64,000 bases of DNA from Intoshia linei (taxonomy: Eukaryota; Animalia; Orthonectida): assembly GCA_001642005.1 (NCBI GenBank), contig LWCA01000040.1:4176-68175 (forward strand). Direction: 5' to 3'. The notes under the pieces are model-generated. The model worked only from the letters and a program-made list of their open reading frames with translations. It did no database searches and was not told where the DNA came from. Positions 37,950-52,096 of the stretch are shown one piece after another; the first letter of the stretch is position 1; the number at the start of each line of letters is the position of its first letter. Made by a program: the position numbers and the translations under genes.

Positions 37950-39320
37950 GTTTAGTTTGACAATATATGGAGTCTTTTCAGATGTTATATCTTGATAAAT
38001 TCCATTCGGAGTGTAAGATTTAATGCATATGTTATCTTTGATCTACAAAAAAAATATAAATATATTTTGTATAATAAAATTTGAATATAAAAGACATAAA
38101 AATAGAAAACAAAATTCAGGATGGTCCACGTTAAGCATACAACTCATAATTATGACTTACTCAGTATTTATCATATTTTACACCACTAAATTGTATTATT
38201 CCTTTCTGAATCGATTTACACAATGTGTAAAGTTTTAAATATTCTTAAAATTTAATTTATACTCTCCATCATTTATATACGGCTTCATAATTTAATTACA
38301 TTTGTATACCCAATTGAAAATTGATCGTATATTGCATTCAAACAATTTAAATTATCAAACAAACATTTTGTCATTTTCTCGTCATTTTCGAAAATATTGG
38401 CAAGTGTCTAAATGTGAATACATTGTATAATCATATTGATTCAACTATACTATAGCCGTCTTTTCTTCCAATAATGCTCTAGATAATTCAGTGTTTAGAC
38501 AGCTGGTGATATATTTTTCATTTTGATCACTAATTTTTTCAACGAAAGTCGCATTGTTCTTATTTTTTAAAACATATTTTATTCGATTTATAATATTTTT
38601 ATTTGTCAAATATTTATCATATTTTCTGCACAATTTCCAACATTTAGTTTTACACTAAATTGAACATGTTATAAGTATATTGACTACGTGCTCTTCGACT
38701 TTTATCTCACAAAACACTTACATTGTATATGTTGTACCCATGAAAATGTTAACATAATTGAAGTGTGTCATTATTATAATAATTGAAAAGATTTTATTAG
38801 AAAGACTAGTTTTCCAGTGACACCGGTTGAGTAGCACGGAATTATGTGTGTAATATACACTTAATACATTTCATAGTAATGTTTACTTTTTTGTTTTTCT
38901 TATTAAACTTTTTATTTACATTCCTGTCAGATTGTATAGTGTGATCTATCTAAAAAATTATATATTATATACAATATTATTATATTTTGAAAAAATTCAC
39001 ATTATGTACATTTTTTATAAATATGTGTATATGTATATCAAAATTACATAAGCAACATCGTCATAAAACATGTCTCTAGCATTTCTTACAATAGGCAATA
39101 AATCAGAATCAATTTTTTGTGAAATTTCTCTGAAATTAATAAAATATATCCATTATTTATAAACGTATGGTTTAGTCAATTAGAAACTACAAATTATATT
39201 ATTTGAATTATTGTTGAGTTATTAAATTTCAACATTAAATAAAACTCTAAAATATACTTTCTCAATTCAATTTCTTTTTGGACATTTTCCATATAATTAT
39301 GTAGTGATTCTGGCAAGTGT
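37950..39320 (-). CDS. Probable exons of an unidentified protein (may belong to a neighbouring gene)
   Basis: Open segments bounded by AG and GT, such as HLPESLHNYMENVQKEIELR, EISQKIDSDLLPIVRNARDMFYDDVAY and ORF 38445-38633. No motif recognised. Confidence 0.3.
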
Positions 39321-39341
39321 CTAAATGAAAAATTTGGATAA

Positions 39342-39730
39342 TCCTTACTTATATAATATGATACGCAATATTTGTTTGTGTGTGTGTTCCACTTTATTGA
39401 AATAACTATTAGTCTAGAAATTTTATAAAGTCCACATTTCAATTACAGTTTTTTTTGGGACATATAATAAGATAAATTTCAACCTCCCAAACTCACATCT
39501 TACGGGTCTATAACCCCAATTGTCCTTTTTTTGAAAATCAAACAAGTTGGAGAATTTAAAAAAATATATACGCTGATACGCATTTTAAAATCATAAACAT
39601 TATCATAATTTTAAATGCTGATGCGGATTTTAAAATCATAAACATTATCATAAATTTAAATTTAAAAAAATACACTGATGCGGATTTTAAAATCATAAAC
39701 ATTATCATAAATTTAAATTTAAAAAAATTA
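39342..39730 (+). mobile_element. Helitron-like element, 5' part, with an internal tandem triplication
   Basis: Starts A|TCCTTACTTATATAATATG. CTGATGCGGATTTTAAAATCATAAACATTATCATAA occurs 3 times at 39573-39720. Confidence 0.7.
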
Positions 39731-40156
39731 TATTTTGATTTCATTCAAAATAAGACTTGTAAATCGCGTTGGTCATCTTAATTTTGACATACTTAATAAA
39801 TATCACCTATTAATAAATTAGTATATTAGGCCCTCATGATTGTAGGCTCACGCCATATGCCCCTAGCCTCCCATCTCCATGGACCTGATTAAAATGATCT
39901 AAATTTCGTGTTTGTATCGTTCGAATCTGTATGGACCGTGTAGCAGACATCTAGGGTATTAATAGGTATATTAACAATTTAAATTACATTTGAAATAGAT
40001 AGTTACAATTTTTAACTAACTTTAATGTAGATAGGAAGATAAAATTTCAAACGTCGTCAACACGAGGCGAACAAATACTATAAATCGTGTTTAGACCATA
40101 CTGGGTCGTGCTTTGATCCTTATTGCAAACTTATATTAAGAGTTGATGGTCAGGGT

Positions 40157-40337
40157 TGTAGTGGTATATCACTATTATACTAATCGAGATTCGATAAATA
40201 TACTTTTGATATAACTCACTTGTGATGTCTAACTGACAGAGTGGTTATAGTTATATAATTTTATTCTGCGGATCTCGATTTTAACATGTTTTTATTTAAG
40301 ATAAAAATATATGAGTTTGTCTCTGATAATCGTTACA
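40157..40337 (+). mobile_element. Solo LTR, second copy of the 3210-3401 family (B-box largely deleted)
   Basis: Termini TGTAGTGGTATATC...ATCGTTACA, flanks AGGGT/AGGAT (4 of 5 match). Colinear with 3210-3401. Confidence 0.7.
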
Positions 40338-40361
40338 AGGATGATATTAAAATACAAAGAA

Positions 40362-40882
40362 ATATATGTCGTATAGAATGTGTACAACTGTGAAATGTAC
40401 ACATTCCACGGGCAAGTCTTAGAATGTACACATCTCATAGATAAGTCGTACAGTATACAGTATAGATTAACGTAACAAGGCAGGATATATTATTAAGATT
40501 AAAAATAATTAATTCAATTTATTAAATATAAAATTTATAACTGCAAACACGATATTTGACACAGAAATCATTGATAACTAATCAATTATTTGGTTTTCTA
40601 AAAATCTTAAAAACCCCCCTTGAAAGTTTAATTCAAAAAAAATCGTAATTAAATGATTTGATATTAATTAAATGAAAGTTTTACAAATATCTATCAATTT
40701 AAAAATAAACATAAGCTTGTTAATTTAACTGAATTGGTAAATTCGTTGTTAGCAAAGCATCAATTATGTATCTAACTCTGAATTGGCGTCTAAGACACAT
40801 TCTTAGTCAAATACAACTTTCTACGACTTGCCCGTGGAATGTGTACATTTCACAGTTGTACATATTCTATGCCACATATATA
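40362..40882. mobile_element. MITE or foldback element with TIRs of about 60 bp
   Basis: TGTACAACTGTGAAATGTACACATTCCACGGGCAAGTC (about 40381-40418) and its reverse complement at about 40825-40862. Confidence 0.75.
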
Positions 40883-41021
40883 TATTCAAAATTCAAATAA
40901 AGTAAATGAATATTTAAATTAAATATGAAAATCTATAATTACAAAAAATTAGTAATTGAAACCAGATTTAACTTTAATACGAACCGGTTTAAACATAATT
41001 AAATTTTTAATTTAAGTGGAC

Positions 41022-41192
41022 TGTAGTGATATAATCACTATGAAAAGTGAACTTTATATATAACATGATAATTTAAATAATAAATTATTCGAACTCGTAT
41101 AAAATACTCGAATAAATAAATTGTACAATGTAAATTTTACATTGTACATTGTACAATCTTCCAGACTTCTTCGTACAGAACTTATCGTTACA
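41022..41192. mobile_element. Solo LTR of a different family
   Basis: Termini TGTAGTGATA...TATCGTTACA, flanks TGGAC/TGTAC (4 of 5 match), internal AATAAA. Confidence 0.6.
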
Positions 41193-42779
41193 TGTACATT
41201 ATCGGTCCTACACGATAAATATCAAAACGTTTACTATATATGTAAGTTAATGTAATTATTAGGAATTTAATTAATTCAGTATTGAACTAAATTTAATGCT
41301 AATCAGATGTAGTAGGAACACAAAATATTGAAACGATCTGAACAGGAATTTTGTATCGTGTTCGCATCGTACTCAATCATGTTTTGGAGCGTGTTGCATG
41401 TCTAGTGTGAGTATATGATATTTAATGACATGTATATTCAAAATTCAAATGCCGTAAATAAAACTTTAAATTAAATCTGAAAATCTATAGTTACAAAAAT
41501 TTTGATATTTTTAATATCATTAAAATTTACTAATTATCAAATGTTGAAGCCTGACTTCTGCACTACTATTTCAAGCACGAACTTAAAAAGTTCTAAAATT
41601 ACAATCGTTTAACATTAAGAATTTATCATTTTTTACTAATATCCGAAGACGACATTTGAATCGTACTGTGGACGAACGTAACGTAAAACAACGTTAAAAG
41701 TCTCATTAATTAAAAACCACTAAACAGTACATTTTATATTTTTATTGTATATCTCTATATTGTAAAAAAATTAAAATAACTGTAAAATTAAAATAGTTTA
41801 TATTTCTATACGTGTACAATGTACACTGTACATTCTATTAGTAGCCGCACTTTCATAAAACATTTTGGCACATCTAAGATCACATGATAAAAATATGGTG
41901 CATGGTATGTAAAAGGTTGGCCACCCCTGCATTAACCGCTACTGAAATAATTTGCAAATTGTTAAGTATTCAAATATTAATATACGTGTTTGATTGTCAT
42001 GGTGTAAATTTCTGAGATTAAAATGTGTCATAAAACATTCGCTGTAAAAAACTTTCCAAGTATTATTTTGCTCAAATTCTGGGACTCTTAATTCATTACG
42101 TGTTACATACTTAATGTAACAACAACAGTCACATAAACATTACATTTTATACAAGTAATAATACTGTATTTATTATAATATTACGCATATTTCAGAAGCT
42201 TTTCATAAGATTTTTGAATTTGATTCAGATTAGTGAGATACGTCGATTCCATTATACTTCTAATTTAAATAAATAGATTATTAGAGTTATATTTAATGCA
42301 ATGTTTTTCAATCTATTCTTCACGGGGCGTACTTCCAAGTAATTTAAAAAAATTTTACTCACAAGCAGATAAAAATAGCAAACATTTTATACCTTTTGAG
42401 CATTTACTGGAAATCATTATTTGGTAGTATTTACACCATACGTATTGTATAAGATTCCAAGGAAAACTTGTACATTTAAGATAAAAAGTTATTTCGGTAC
42501 ATAAAATAATAAACTAAAACATCTGATCTAACTAACCAAAAGAGAAATGGTATACAGCTCGTTTTCAATTTGCACATAAAATTTTGTGGGACATAAAGAT
42601 TGAGAAATAGTTATTGATATATTTATATAATAGCAATAATTTGACATGAACGCAATATTTAATCTAAAATTTAATTTCTTTAAATTTACTTAAATTATTA
42701 AATTAAATATACTTAAATTTACTTAAATTTACTAAAGTTCATTGACCCTTTATCAAAACATGTGCCATAATACTAAATG

Positions 42780-45700
42780 TTACCTTTGGTTAAAAATATC
42801 AGCAATCATTTCTGAAATGGTACAACTTTCATGAATTTTTACTTGAATTTCTGGAATTTTGTTCTGATTCTATCACACAATTATGATGATAAACAGTATT
42901 AAAACATTACAGTATAAAATGGAACATTTTTGGGTTTCATTAAACTAATTTGTTTTGTCGTAGGTGTAAATAGTTTCATAGGTAAAATACTTTTCTTTTT
43001 TAAACTTTTCAATGTCATCTTGGTCATATTTTTAACTATTGTACCGTAAACTAAAATTAAATCTCAATGTTATTGACAAAGTTGTGTACACAAATATATA
43101 AATGTACATTGAGCAAATAATATTAAATTTTAAAATTTTATTATATATAATTTCTATTCAATTTTAATTTGGTCAAATTCCTTGTTAAATTCATAACACG
43201 TTTTAAGCCACACACTTTTGAATTTTTTCAATAATTCCACTTTAATTTTATCTTTTTCTAGTCCATTTTCAAAAATTCCACTGGAATCAGTAGAATCAAC
43301 ATTATCAGCACTTTTAAAATCTGTAGATTTTTGAAATTGATCCAAGTTTATCCAATTTTCAGAATCTTTAGAGTCATTTTTCAATTTATTCATAATTGAA
43401 TCGGTAATAGTTTGCTAAATTAAAATAATTTTAAATTATAAAAAAATACACCTTTTCCTTTAAATTTTTAATAACGTTTTGTTGATAATAAAATTGCTTT
43501 TTCCAATTTTCCACATTTTTACAACTTTCTTGTAGTATTGTAGATAATTTAGCTTTCGAATTTATTGCCAATTGAAATTGATTTTGCCATTTTTCCGCAT
43601 TTGTACTGCTAGAATAGAGAAAGTAAATCATATATAATAAAAAGAATTTGGAATATAAATATATCAAATTTGGAAACAAAAAAAACACATCATATTATTA
43701 TTCAACTTTTTCCAGCATTCTTCCTGTAAATTTTTATCAACTTTTAGCGACTCTATATCAAGAAACACTGCATTACGCCATATACAGATATGGTTGAAAT
43801 ATAAATATAAAGATTTAAAAAAAGTTAAATCTTACTAGAAAATATTTTATGAATATTATAAAATTTTCTAATTGTCATCTACCTACCGTGAAGTCCAATC
43901 GAAACTCCAATTTAACTTTTTATAAAGTGGATATAACAATGTCCAAGAACAATTTACCTTTCAAATAAAGCAATTTTTAGTTTATCTATATCTTTCTTCA
44001 AGTTTCTATTTTCTATTATCAACTGTTCAATGTTAGGTGTAGGTAGAGAAATTGATTTTGCTTTTTTTTTAAAGGTAGAGTTATAGCAATCCTATATAAA
44101 ATAATTTATTAACAAAAACAAAAAATTTTCTTAGTTCTTAAAACTATTTTGCCACGTCACGTATTTTAAAATAATACGGTATCTTTAAATGTCATTTTGG
44201 GGTAAATCCCTGTTATAGAAAAAATTTATATCGTGTATTTAGGGTCTTTTTCTCTATAATGTTAATTTCATAATATTTGGTGAAATTTGTGTTGAATAAA
44301 CTCCGTTTCGGGTAAATTTTTATAATTTAAATTTAGGATTTATAAGTTTGGAATGTATTATTGTTGGAATTAAAAAATATTCAGATATCGGAACCCAATA
44401 TTCATAAAAAAATATAATATAGAAATTGACATACAGTAATTCAATTTTTTTATATTAACAATTTTAAAATACATACTGAACACGATTTTGATTGTATTTT
44501 TACATTTTCATTTTCATTATCTGATTCAAATACGTTTATGTACATTTTTTCTTTACATTCTTCAAAATTTGAAACAAACTATACGTTTATAAAATAATAG
44601 CATTACTACAATGTAGTATACAATAATGTGAATAACATTTTCATGGTCAATTTTTTATTTTAGGATTTTCTATAAACACAGTTCAAATTTTACGTAAATC
44701 ATAGCATAAAAAAAGTTAAATTTTATTGAAGCTAAAACAAGGGTATTCATCCTCGTGATGAAATATAAGTTTTTATAGAAAAAATATCATTGTGACAATC
44801 AAATGTATTTTAATATAAATTATAAATTCTAGCAGATTAAATCATTTAAAAATTGTCTCTAAAATAACGGTTCTTGAAATACAGAACTTTTTTCACTACA
44901 AAAAATATTGATATTTTAGGTTTTTGACAGCGATATATAACGATGTGAGCGGTATATTGTTCAAACTTTAGAAACGATACCCCATGGTTTTTTTTAACAG
45001 TTGATAGGTAAGACTGTGTGCAAATTGAATATTTTCAAAATGTTCATATGATGGAAAGGTGCACTTTTGATATGAAAATTCGTTCACACCCCTAATATAT
45101 ATAGTAAAATGTATACCAAATAAAAAATAATGAATAACAAAGTGCTTTTATGACCGTGAAGGCGTCACTTTAAGGTTTTTAAACGGAAATTATTTTTTTG
45201 CATGTTAACTGGACATAATTGTATTATCTGCCATTTTTTTTAAAATTCTAGTACTTCTTTCATTTTTATTTTAGAATTTATTTTATTTTAAAAAAAATTA
45301 ATTTAATTGTCGTGTTGACCATGAAGGACTCAATTTCTGAAAATAAAACTTGCGATAAAACATTACTCTCGAAAAACTGTATTAGAAATTGTGTTATTTT
45401 AATTATATGCTTCTTAATTTGTTAACTAAACGGTAACACACATTATTATCTACATTATTTAATGTGTATATAACTTCATTATATTATTATTAATAACATA
45501 TGATAAAACATTCATTGTATTAAGGTTTTTTAATTTCTGGGTTTTTATTGTATTCACAATTGGGATTTTTGATCCGTAAGATGTGAGTTTGGGAGGTTGA
45601 AATTTATCTTATTATATGTCTCGGAAAAAACTGTAATTGAAATGTTACTTTATAAAATTCTAAGACTGGTAGTTATTTCAATAAACGATAACACAAACAA

Positions 45701-46045
45701 ATATTGCATAGTATATTATAATATGCTATGATTATATAAGTACACACACAAACAAAAATCGCGTATCATATTATATAAGTAAGGACAAGCTGTATCTATG
45801 GTACAACATTCATTGTATTGTACATTGTAGTAAGTAAAGGATAATTAATAACGTACCCATTGTACGTACTTCGTAATTATACGTATAAACTGATAATAAT
45901 ACCTTTTAACTTTACCTTATTTATTGCATTTTCGTGTATAAAGCCTAATCCGAACGTTTTCTCGGAATTAGTCAATTGTATAAATTTTGTCGCTGTTTTA
46001 CGAATATGAGTTTTTTCATAAATTGGTAATTTAAAGAATTCCTAC
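42780..46045 (-). CDS. Unidentified multi-exon coiled-coil protein (boundaries uncertain)
   Basis: Open segments bounded by AG and GT at about 42784-42866, 42911-43030, 43154-43413, 43452-43608, 43960-44090 and 45916-46042. One reads KWQNQFQLAINSKAKLSTILQESCKNVENWKKQF. Confidence 0.35.
45140..45785 (-). mobile_element. Composite of Helitron-like fragments
   Basis: Family motifs GACCGTGAAGGCGTCACTT and GTAAGATGTGAGTTTGGGAGGTTG, with a duplicated 5' terminal segment ending TTATATAAGTAAGGA. Confidence 0.6.
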
Positions 46046-47750
46046 AATTAAACAATCACTAAATACTATAATAATATGGATGTTATTTAACTTAGACTTT
46101 TTGAATAACCCAACCTAACTTATCTGCGACCACTTACTCGGGAACCAGACTAAATTATTTTTAAATTTATAAAAATTGGCGTCTATTTTTCCAAATTCAG
46201 TATTTAAAGAAATGACATTTTTTAACGTCAAATCTGATTTCTCTTAAATTTAATTTGTGAAATCCAGGAACGTGACGAGGATAGCTAAGTCAAATGACTG
46301 CGTTTACTTAAATTAGTAGCCCATTCTTTTGTCAATGTGTACACTTTACATGTCTTTTTTATTTATTCCCGGTTAGGAATAACGTCAAAGTATTAAATAT
46401 TGTAAAATATATGTATTTATAAAACTAAGAGGTTATAATTTTAAAAAAGTCAATTCTATGATATTTTTTTCGTGAGATAATTTTGTTTACATGTTAAAAT
46501 ATAATTTTCAAGTTTTATAACAGTTAAAAAAGTTGAAACCTAATACAATTATAAAATTAATTGGACTAAAAATTATACTTTTAAAAATATCTAATTATTC
46601 GCTTGAATGTACGTTTTTACTAAAAATAAAGCTATAATTTGTATTTTCCCTGCAGTAAAAATTTAAATTTCAAATATAATTTCATTTGTTATTGATACAA
46701 TTGTATAAAAAGAATTGTATAATAAGTATCTTACATGATACATTTAATGATATTCACATATCAATGATACACTTATGATAAGTCTTATCACGACTGTAAT
46801 AAACTAGCTACTCAAATCAAAGTAAATATTTTAATTCAGTTAATTTTTTACTCGTGAGAATACATTCACAATTGAATTTATCCAATATTAAAATAATTCC
46901 ATCGACTGGAAATAAAAATTAAATGTACACATCACATATATATAAAATTTCTATACAAACATTTTGATTGCAGTAATAATTTACATATTCAAAACAAAAA
47001 ATGTAAATAATACTTCATTTCCATTATGAGCAAAAATGTAAAAATTTCCTTCATGTTGATCAATTGACACCAATAATGGTTTGTCTTGTAATGGCACCCA
47101 CTTTTTCTTATTATCGGCGTCAATACAATATAATTGACATTCAAATGTAGTCAAATCGCTAAAAATTAAGAATATGTCCCTGAAAGTTTTAACTTTATAA
47201 TAATGTTACGTCATTTCACATAAAATATCAAATTTTGTGGTTTAATAGTCATAAATGGTAAATTTGTTACACTAATGACTATGACAATTTAATAAGAGAG
47301 ATTTTACGTCATAAAACAATACAATACAGGTGGTGCGTGGCTATTGACACACTTTTTGTTTATAATAAATATTCTGATATTGTGCACTATTGATTACAAA
47401 AGTTATTTCAAGGGAAATTTATTTAATAGATAAGCTCAATTGGGAATTTGAAATTACTCATCCGTGGTAATTAAATAATTGTTGTATCGTTAACTACTCA
47501 AATTTAATATCGACTATAAAACATTTGATATATGGGAACAAATTTTTGAGTCAACGTTAGTAGAGAAAGCGAAATTGAATTTCCTAACAATTCCATGACA
47601 AAAATCAATATTTCATTGACAACCCGGATTTGGGATAAAATTGAATTACTCGTCATATTTTATCAAATTTTAATTAATTTTCATTTATGATTCTAAATTT
47701 GTATATTGTAAAGCACGAATTGTAAATTTAATTGCAAATTCAATATTAAA

Positions 47751-50700
47751 ATGAACCAGGATTTTAATCAATTTATAAGGTACTAAACGTTTTTGAATTT
47801 GCATTATTTTTTAGTACTCCAATTGTGAATCCAAATATAAATACTATTGGCTCAGTCGATTCCAATAAAAAAAAAGAATTATCGCCTTCTGGAAAAGAAA
47901 AAATGGCTAGGTTTAAAATTTCAATATTTTTAATCATTTTAATTTTCATTCAAATTAACTTTTGCCGTGAGAATCACTATCTAAATTTTATTTTAACATT
48001 GTTGCAGTAAAAATATTCCTAGTATTCTTTCAATATCCAGTATTTTCTCTACAATTCGCTAATCCATTATGTGAATTTCTCCATGGGGACACATTTATTT
48101 TGTTAACGGGACGAAGGCTAGTGTGTTGCAAACCTACCATGCTCGATCCCCATCTTACCGTAAATAAATAGAATATAAATAAGTTATTTGGCTAACCCTA
48201 GAACCTCTCAATGGGTCTGAACTTGATATGACGTTTAAAAAATATACATTTTTTCAACTGATCAATGTACAAAAATGATGATAAATTACTCGAGGATACT
48301 GGGTACAGCAGGTTCGACTTTAAACATAGTGGTTTCATGTGTGTTTCTATGGTTACACTTAGCTAATTTTCCTACTGTGCCAAAAGTATGTAAAGTGTCA
48401 ACATCGGCTAACTATAGAGAGAATACTGTAGTATTTTTGATTTATTTATTATCATTATACTTATTCCACCAGGAGAAAATTTTATTCTATTTTATTGTAA
48501 TTTGATATTATCGTTTTTCCCTTATGTTTGATATTACAGAATTTTTATTTTTATTTTCGTCTTATTTTCTGTTGTAATTATACTCATTACAGGGGTTCCC
48601 ACAATTTTTTCATAGGGGACGGAAATAAATTATAAAATTTATTTCAGACCATTAAGGATAAGTTACTAAGCAACATTAAAAAATTGAATAAAAAACGTAA
48701 TAAATTGACTTTTAATTAGAAAAATGTTTACGGACTGGTCCGGGACCGGTATTTGGGAAACACTGCCCCATTATATAGTTTAAATTTTAGAGAAAGTCAT
48801 TGCGAAATTGAGCGTCGTAGACGTAGTAAAATGGCTACTTATGTCAATGAACTTTGTGAAATGGTTCCTGCTTGTGCCAGTCTTTCCAGAAAACCAGACA
48901 AACTAACCATACTTAGACTTGCTGTTTCGCACATGAAAAATTTTTCAGGTTTAGTTCATTATTTTCATGCATCTTTTAAATTAATTCCAATCATAATCTA
49001 TGTTTTACTATAATTAATAACTAAAAAATATAGGTGCTTCAAATATAAGAACTGATGGATCTTATAAACCGTCCTTTTTAACTGATGAAGAATTGAAACA
49101 TCTTATTTTGGAGGTATGATTTTAAATTTAATTTTATCTAACACTACAAAATATAGGCATCGAGTGGATTTTTGTTTTGTGTGGAATTGCCTCTCGGAAA
49201 GATAATTTATTGTTCAGACAATATTTACTATGTTCTTGGTGTTTATGAGGTAATTTTCTGATTACATTTTTGTGTATAGTACAGTATGCGCAACCTTTCC
49301 ATCAATTCAGCCATCATTCCGCAAAGCTACTTTACTGATAGATACTACGGCATCACAAAATTTAATTTAAAATTGAGAAAGTTTAAATCCATTTGGATAA
49401 AAATATTTCCCTGACTTTGAAGTAAAATGATATATTGCATTATAATAGCATGGATTGCATACGGCCGCACATAAAACATCTAAGGAAGTAAGGCCACAGG
49501 TTGTGCACCCCTGGTATAGTGGTTCTCAAAGTTTGAACATAAGATTGAAATTTATAAAAAAATCTAATCGCAGACGTTTGTAAAATAATTAAAAATGTAA
49601 GATTCTAAATTACAACTTGTAATGCAATGTAAATTGTACAAGTAATATATAATCAATATTTTTTCGATGAAATGTATTGCCATTTTGTAATTTTTAAAAA
49701 TTATGCATTTTTTTAGACCGACTGGACAAATTCGTCAATTTTTGATCTTATACATTCTGAAGATGTTCACAAAGTCAAAACTGAACTTTCTACGTCGGAT
49801 ACAAATTTATCTAATAACAGAGTTTTAGATGTAAAAAGTAATTATATTTATAAAAATAATTGCATTCCAATTTAGCTGGAACCCTTAAAAAGGAACAAAA
49901 TTCAAGTAAATTACTTTAAGTTAAATAGTCTTTGCCTAACCCTATTTGAGTTATTTATGTTTTTATTTATTATTATTATTATTATTATATTATTTTTATT
50001 TTAGTTATGTAATCTCATTAAATTAATGATTAATTTGTTTATTTTATAATGATATCATAATTTTATAATTAATTAATTATAAGTTATGATTTATTTATTA
50101 AGACATTCATTTATTATAATTTTATTTTGAATTGATTTGTTTAGACTCACCCAAACAATGTGTAGGAAGTAGACGCTCATTTATTTGCCGTATGAAAAGA
50201 GGTGAAAAAATGGATCAAAGTGTAGAAAATGTACAAAATTTTTATGATAATGAAAAATACTCTATTGTTCATACCAGCGGTATTATTCGCAAATTACCAA
50301 GTTCACTGGTTGACTCAAACCAGAAAGATGAAAAAATTATTTGTTATATTGCTATTGGTCGTATTGAACCGGTATCATCACCAGTCGGTGCTAATATAAA
50401 CAATAAATCTGAATTTATCACAAGGCACTCAGCTGAAAATATCATAACTATGGCTGATCCAAGGTTTTCATATTAGTATTTATTTACAATTTGGGTATAT
50501 TTAACCCAACGGTTCCAAATGCACAGTACCCATGCGGACCATTATCACTACTTAGTAATTTAATGTTTAACTAAGTCTTAATTAATTTCTTAGTCTAAGA
50601 ACGTAAAATGTGCTGTAGTGATAATATTTTGTAACTTTAAAATTTAATCTTTGAAATAAAACTTAATGTGAAATTAACGGTCCATGGAAAAACTTTTGGA

Positions 50701-52004
50701 ACCCGATTTGCTCGAATTTGAAATTCTCATTTATCCGTTATATTTTAAAGATACTTTTTTACCATATTTTCAAGGGGTTTTAGAGAGATTTTTTTTGTAG
50801 TAAATTTTAAAGAGTTTTTTAAGAAAATAATTTAATGTTAATTTAATTCATTTAGTATTTCTTAAAAACAAAAAATTTGATTTAATGAATGATTCTACAA
50901 TTTAAAAATAAAAAATTGTATTCACACGTTTGGGATCCATTACTTTTAAATATTCATTATAGTTAATAATAGCATTTTTATATAAAAATATTTCACTTAT
51001 TTTGTAGATATTTTTGTAAGATTTTATTTTTTGGTAGAATTAAAAAATCAGCCCTCTGCAGATCTAACTGATGTTTGTACGAAGTACAAAACAGATAAAT
51101 TAGTATTTTGATGAACGAAATTTTTTAGTTTTATTTATTTTTTAGTTTTATTTATTTTTTACAGATGTGTTTCTATAACTGGCTACTCTGTTGAAGAATT
51201 GTTGTCACAAAACCTTGTAAATTTTGTATATGAACCAGAACAACCTATTGTTAGTCAAAAATTTTATGAAGGTATTTGAAAATTTAATTTAATCTAACTT
51301 TAATAATGTTGTTTATTAAATTAAATTTTGTTATTTCTAGTATTGCTTGAACTTGGGAAACCCATCAAATTTTCTTATCATTTTTTAGCTAAAAATGGTA
51401 CTTACTTGATGCTACATACAACGGCGTATGCATTTATGAATCCAGTCAGTAGAGAATTTCAATTTATTGTGGCACAACATTCTATTCTTCCAGTGTAAAT
51501 TAACTTATTTATATGATGACATGTTTTTTAAGGTTTAACAACTGCAATTCCGTCATTGACAATCGAATTCGTTCAGTAGCAGTAAATAACAAATTTCATA
51601 GAGTACCCAGTGTGCCCTATCTAGGTAAATATTTATTTTTAATATAATGTCATGTATTTCAGACAAAACGTTTAATCAAGAAGTGTCATATTTGCCTCAA
51701 AAAGGACCCTACTCATATTTTTATGATTCAAACGACAAGCAGGGTGTTTATGTAATTTTTCATTTCTTTTTCGTAAATATGTTGTATTAGTCAAGTGAAT
51801 ATTACCAAGGATATCCTATAAATTCTCAAACCACGGACTGCCCTTGCGACGATAAAAACGCCAACAAACATTGTGCATATTCCAGTAGTTATAGCCAAAT
51901 GAATATGGACTCTACAAGTGGTGGTATTTCTTTTAAAAAGTACGACAGAATTCCTGGTAAAATAACGTTATAATAATTTATATTTGTTTTTAGATAGTAC
52001 ATGA
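47751..52004 (+). CDS. ARNT: Aryl hydrocarbon receptor nuclear translocator (tango/HIF-1beta), bHLH-PAS, multi-exon
   Basis: MAR|[49 protein letters not shown], then [20 protein letters not shown]|[18 protein letters not shown], and PAS-B EFITRHS..DPR..AFMNPVS. TGA at 52002-52004. Confidence 0.93.
48590..48765. mobile_element. Short hAT-type MITE (relatives at about 29958-30184, 52943-53121 and 57479-57633)
   Basis: TIRs CAGGGGTTCCCA / TGGGAAACACTG, flanks ACTCATTA/CCCCATTA. The 52943-53121 copy has CGATAAGG/CGATAAGA. Confidence 0.65.
49282..49513. mobile_element. hAT-type MITE in an ARNT intron
   Basis: TIRs CAGTATGCGCAACCT / AGGTTGTGCACCCCTG, TSD GTATAGTA/GTATAGTG. Confidence 0.65.
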
Positions 52005-52096
52005 TGTTACACGCTGTAGATTGTTTGTTTTTAATGTTTAAATAAAATGTATTGCAAATTGGTAGTTTATTAATATATTTACTCGCTTTATGTACA

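Noticed and set aside
39556-39744. ORF with a repeated FKFKFMIMFMILKSAS peptide
   Set aside because: It is the translation of a tandem triplication inside a Helitron copy.
47960-47985. Intronic FCRENHY resembling the ARNT RENH basic region (possible duplicated exon)
   Set aside because: Only 4 residues match, there is no suitable acceptor, and the bHLH does not continue. Probably chance.
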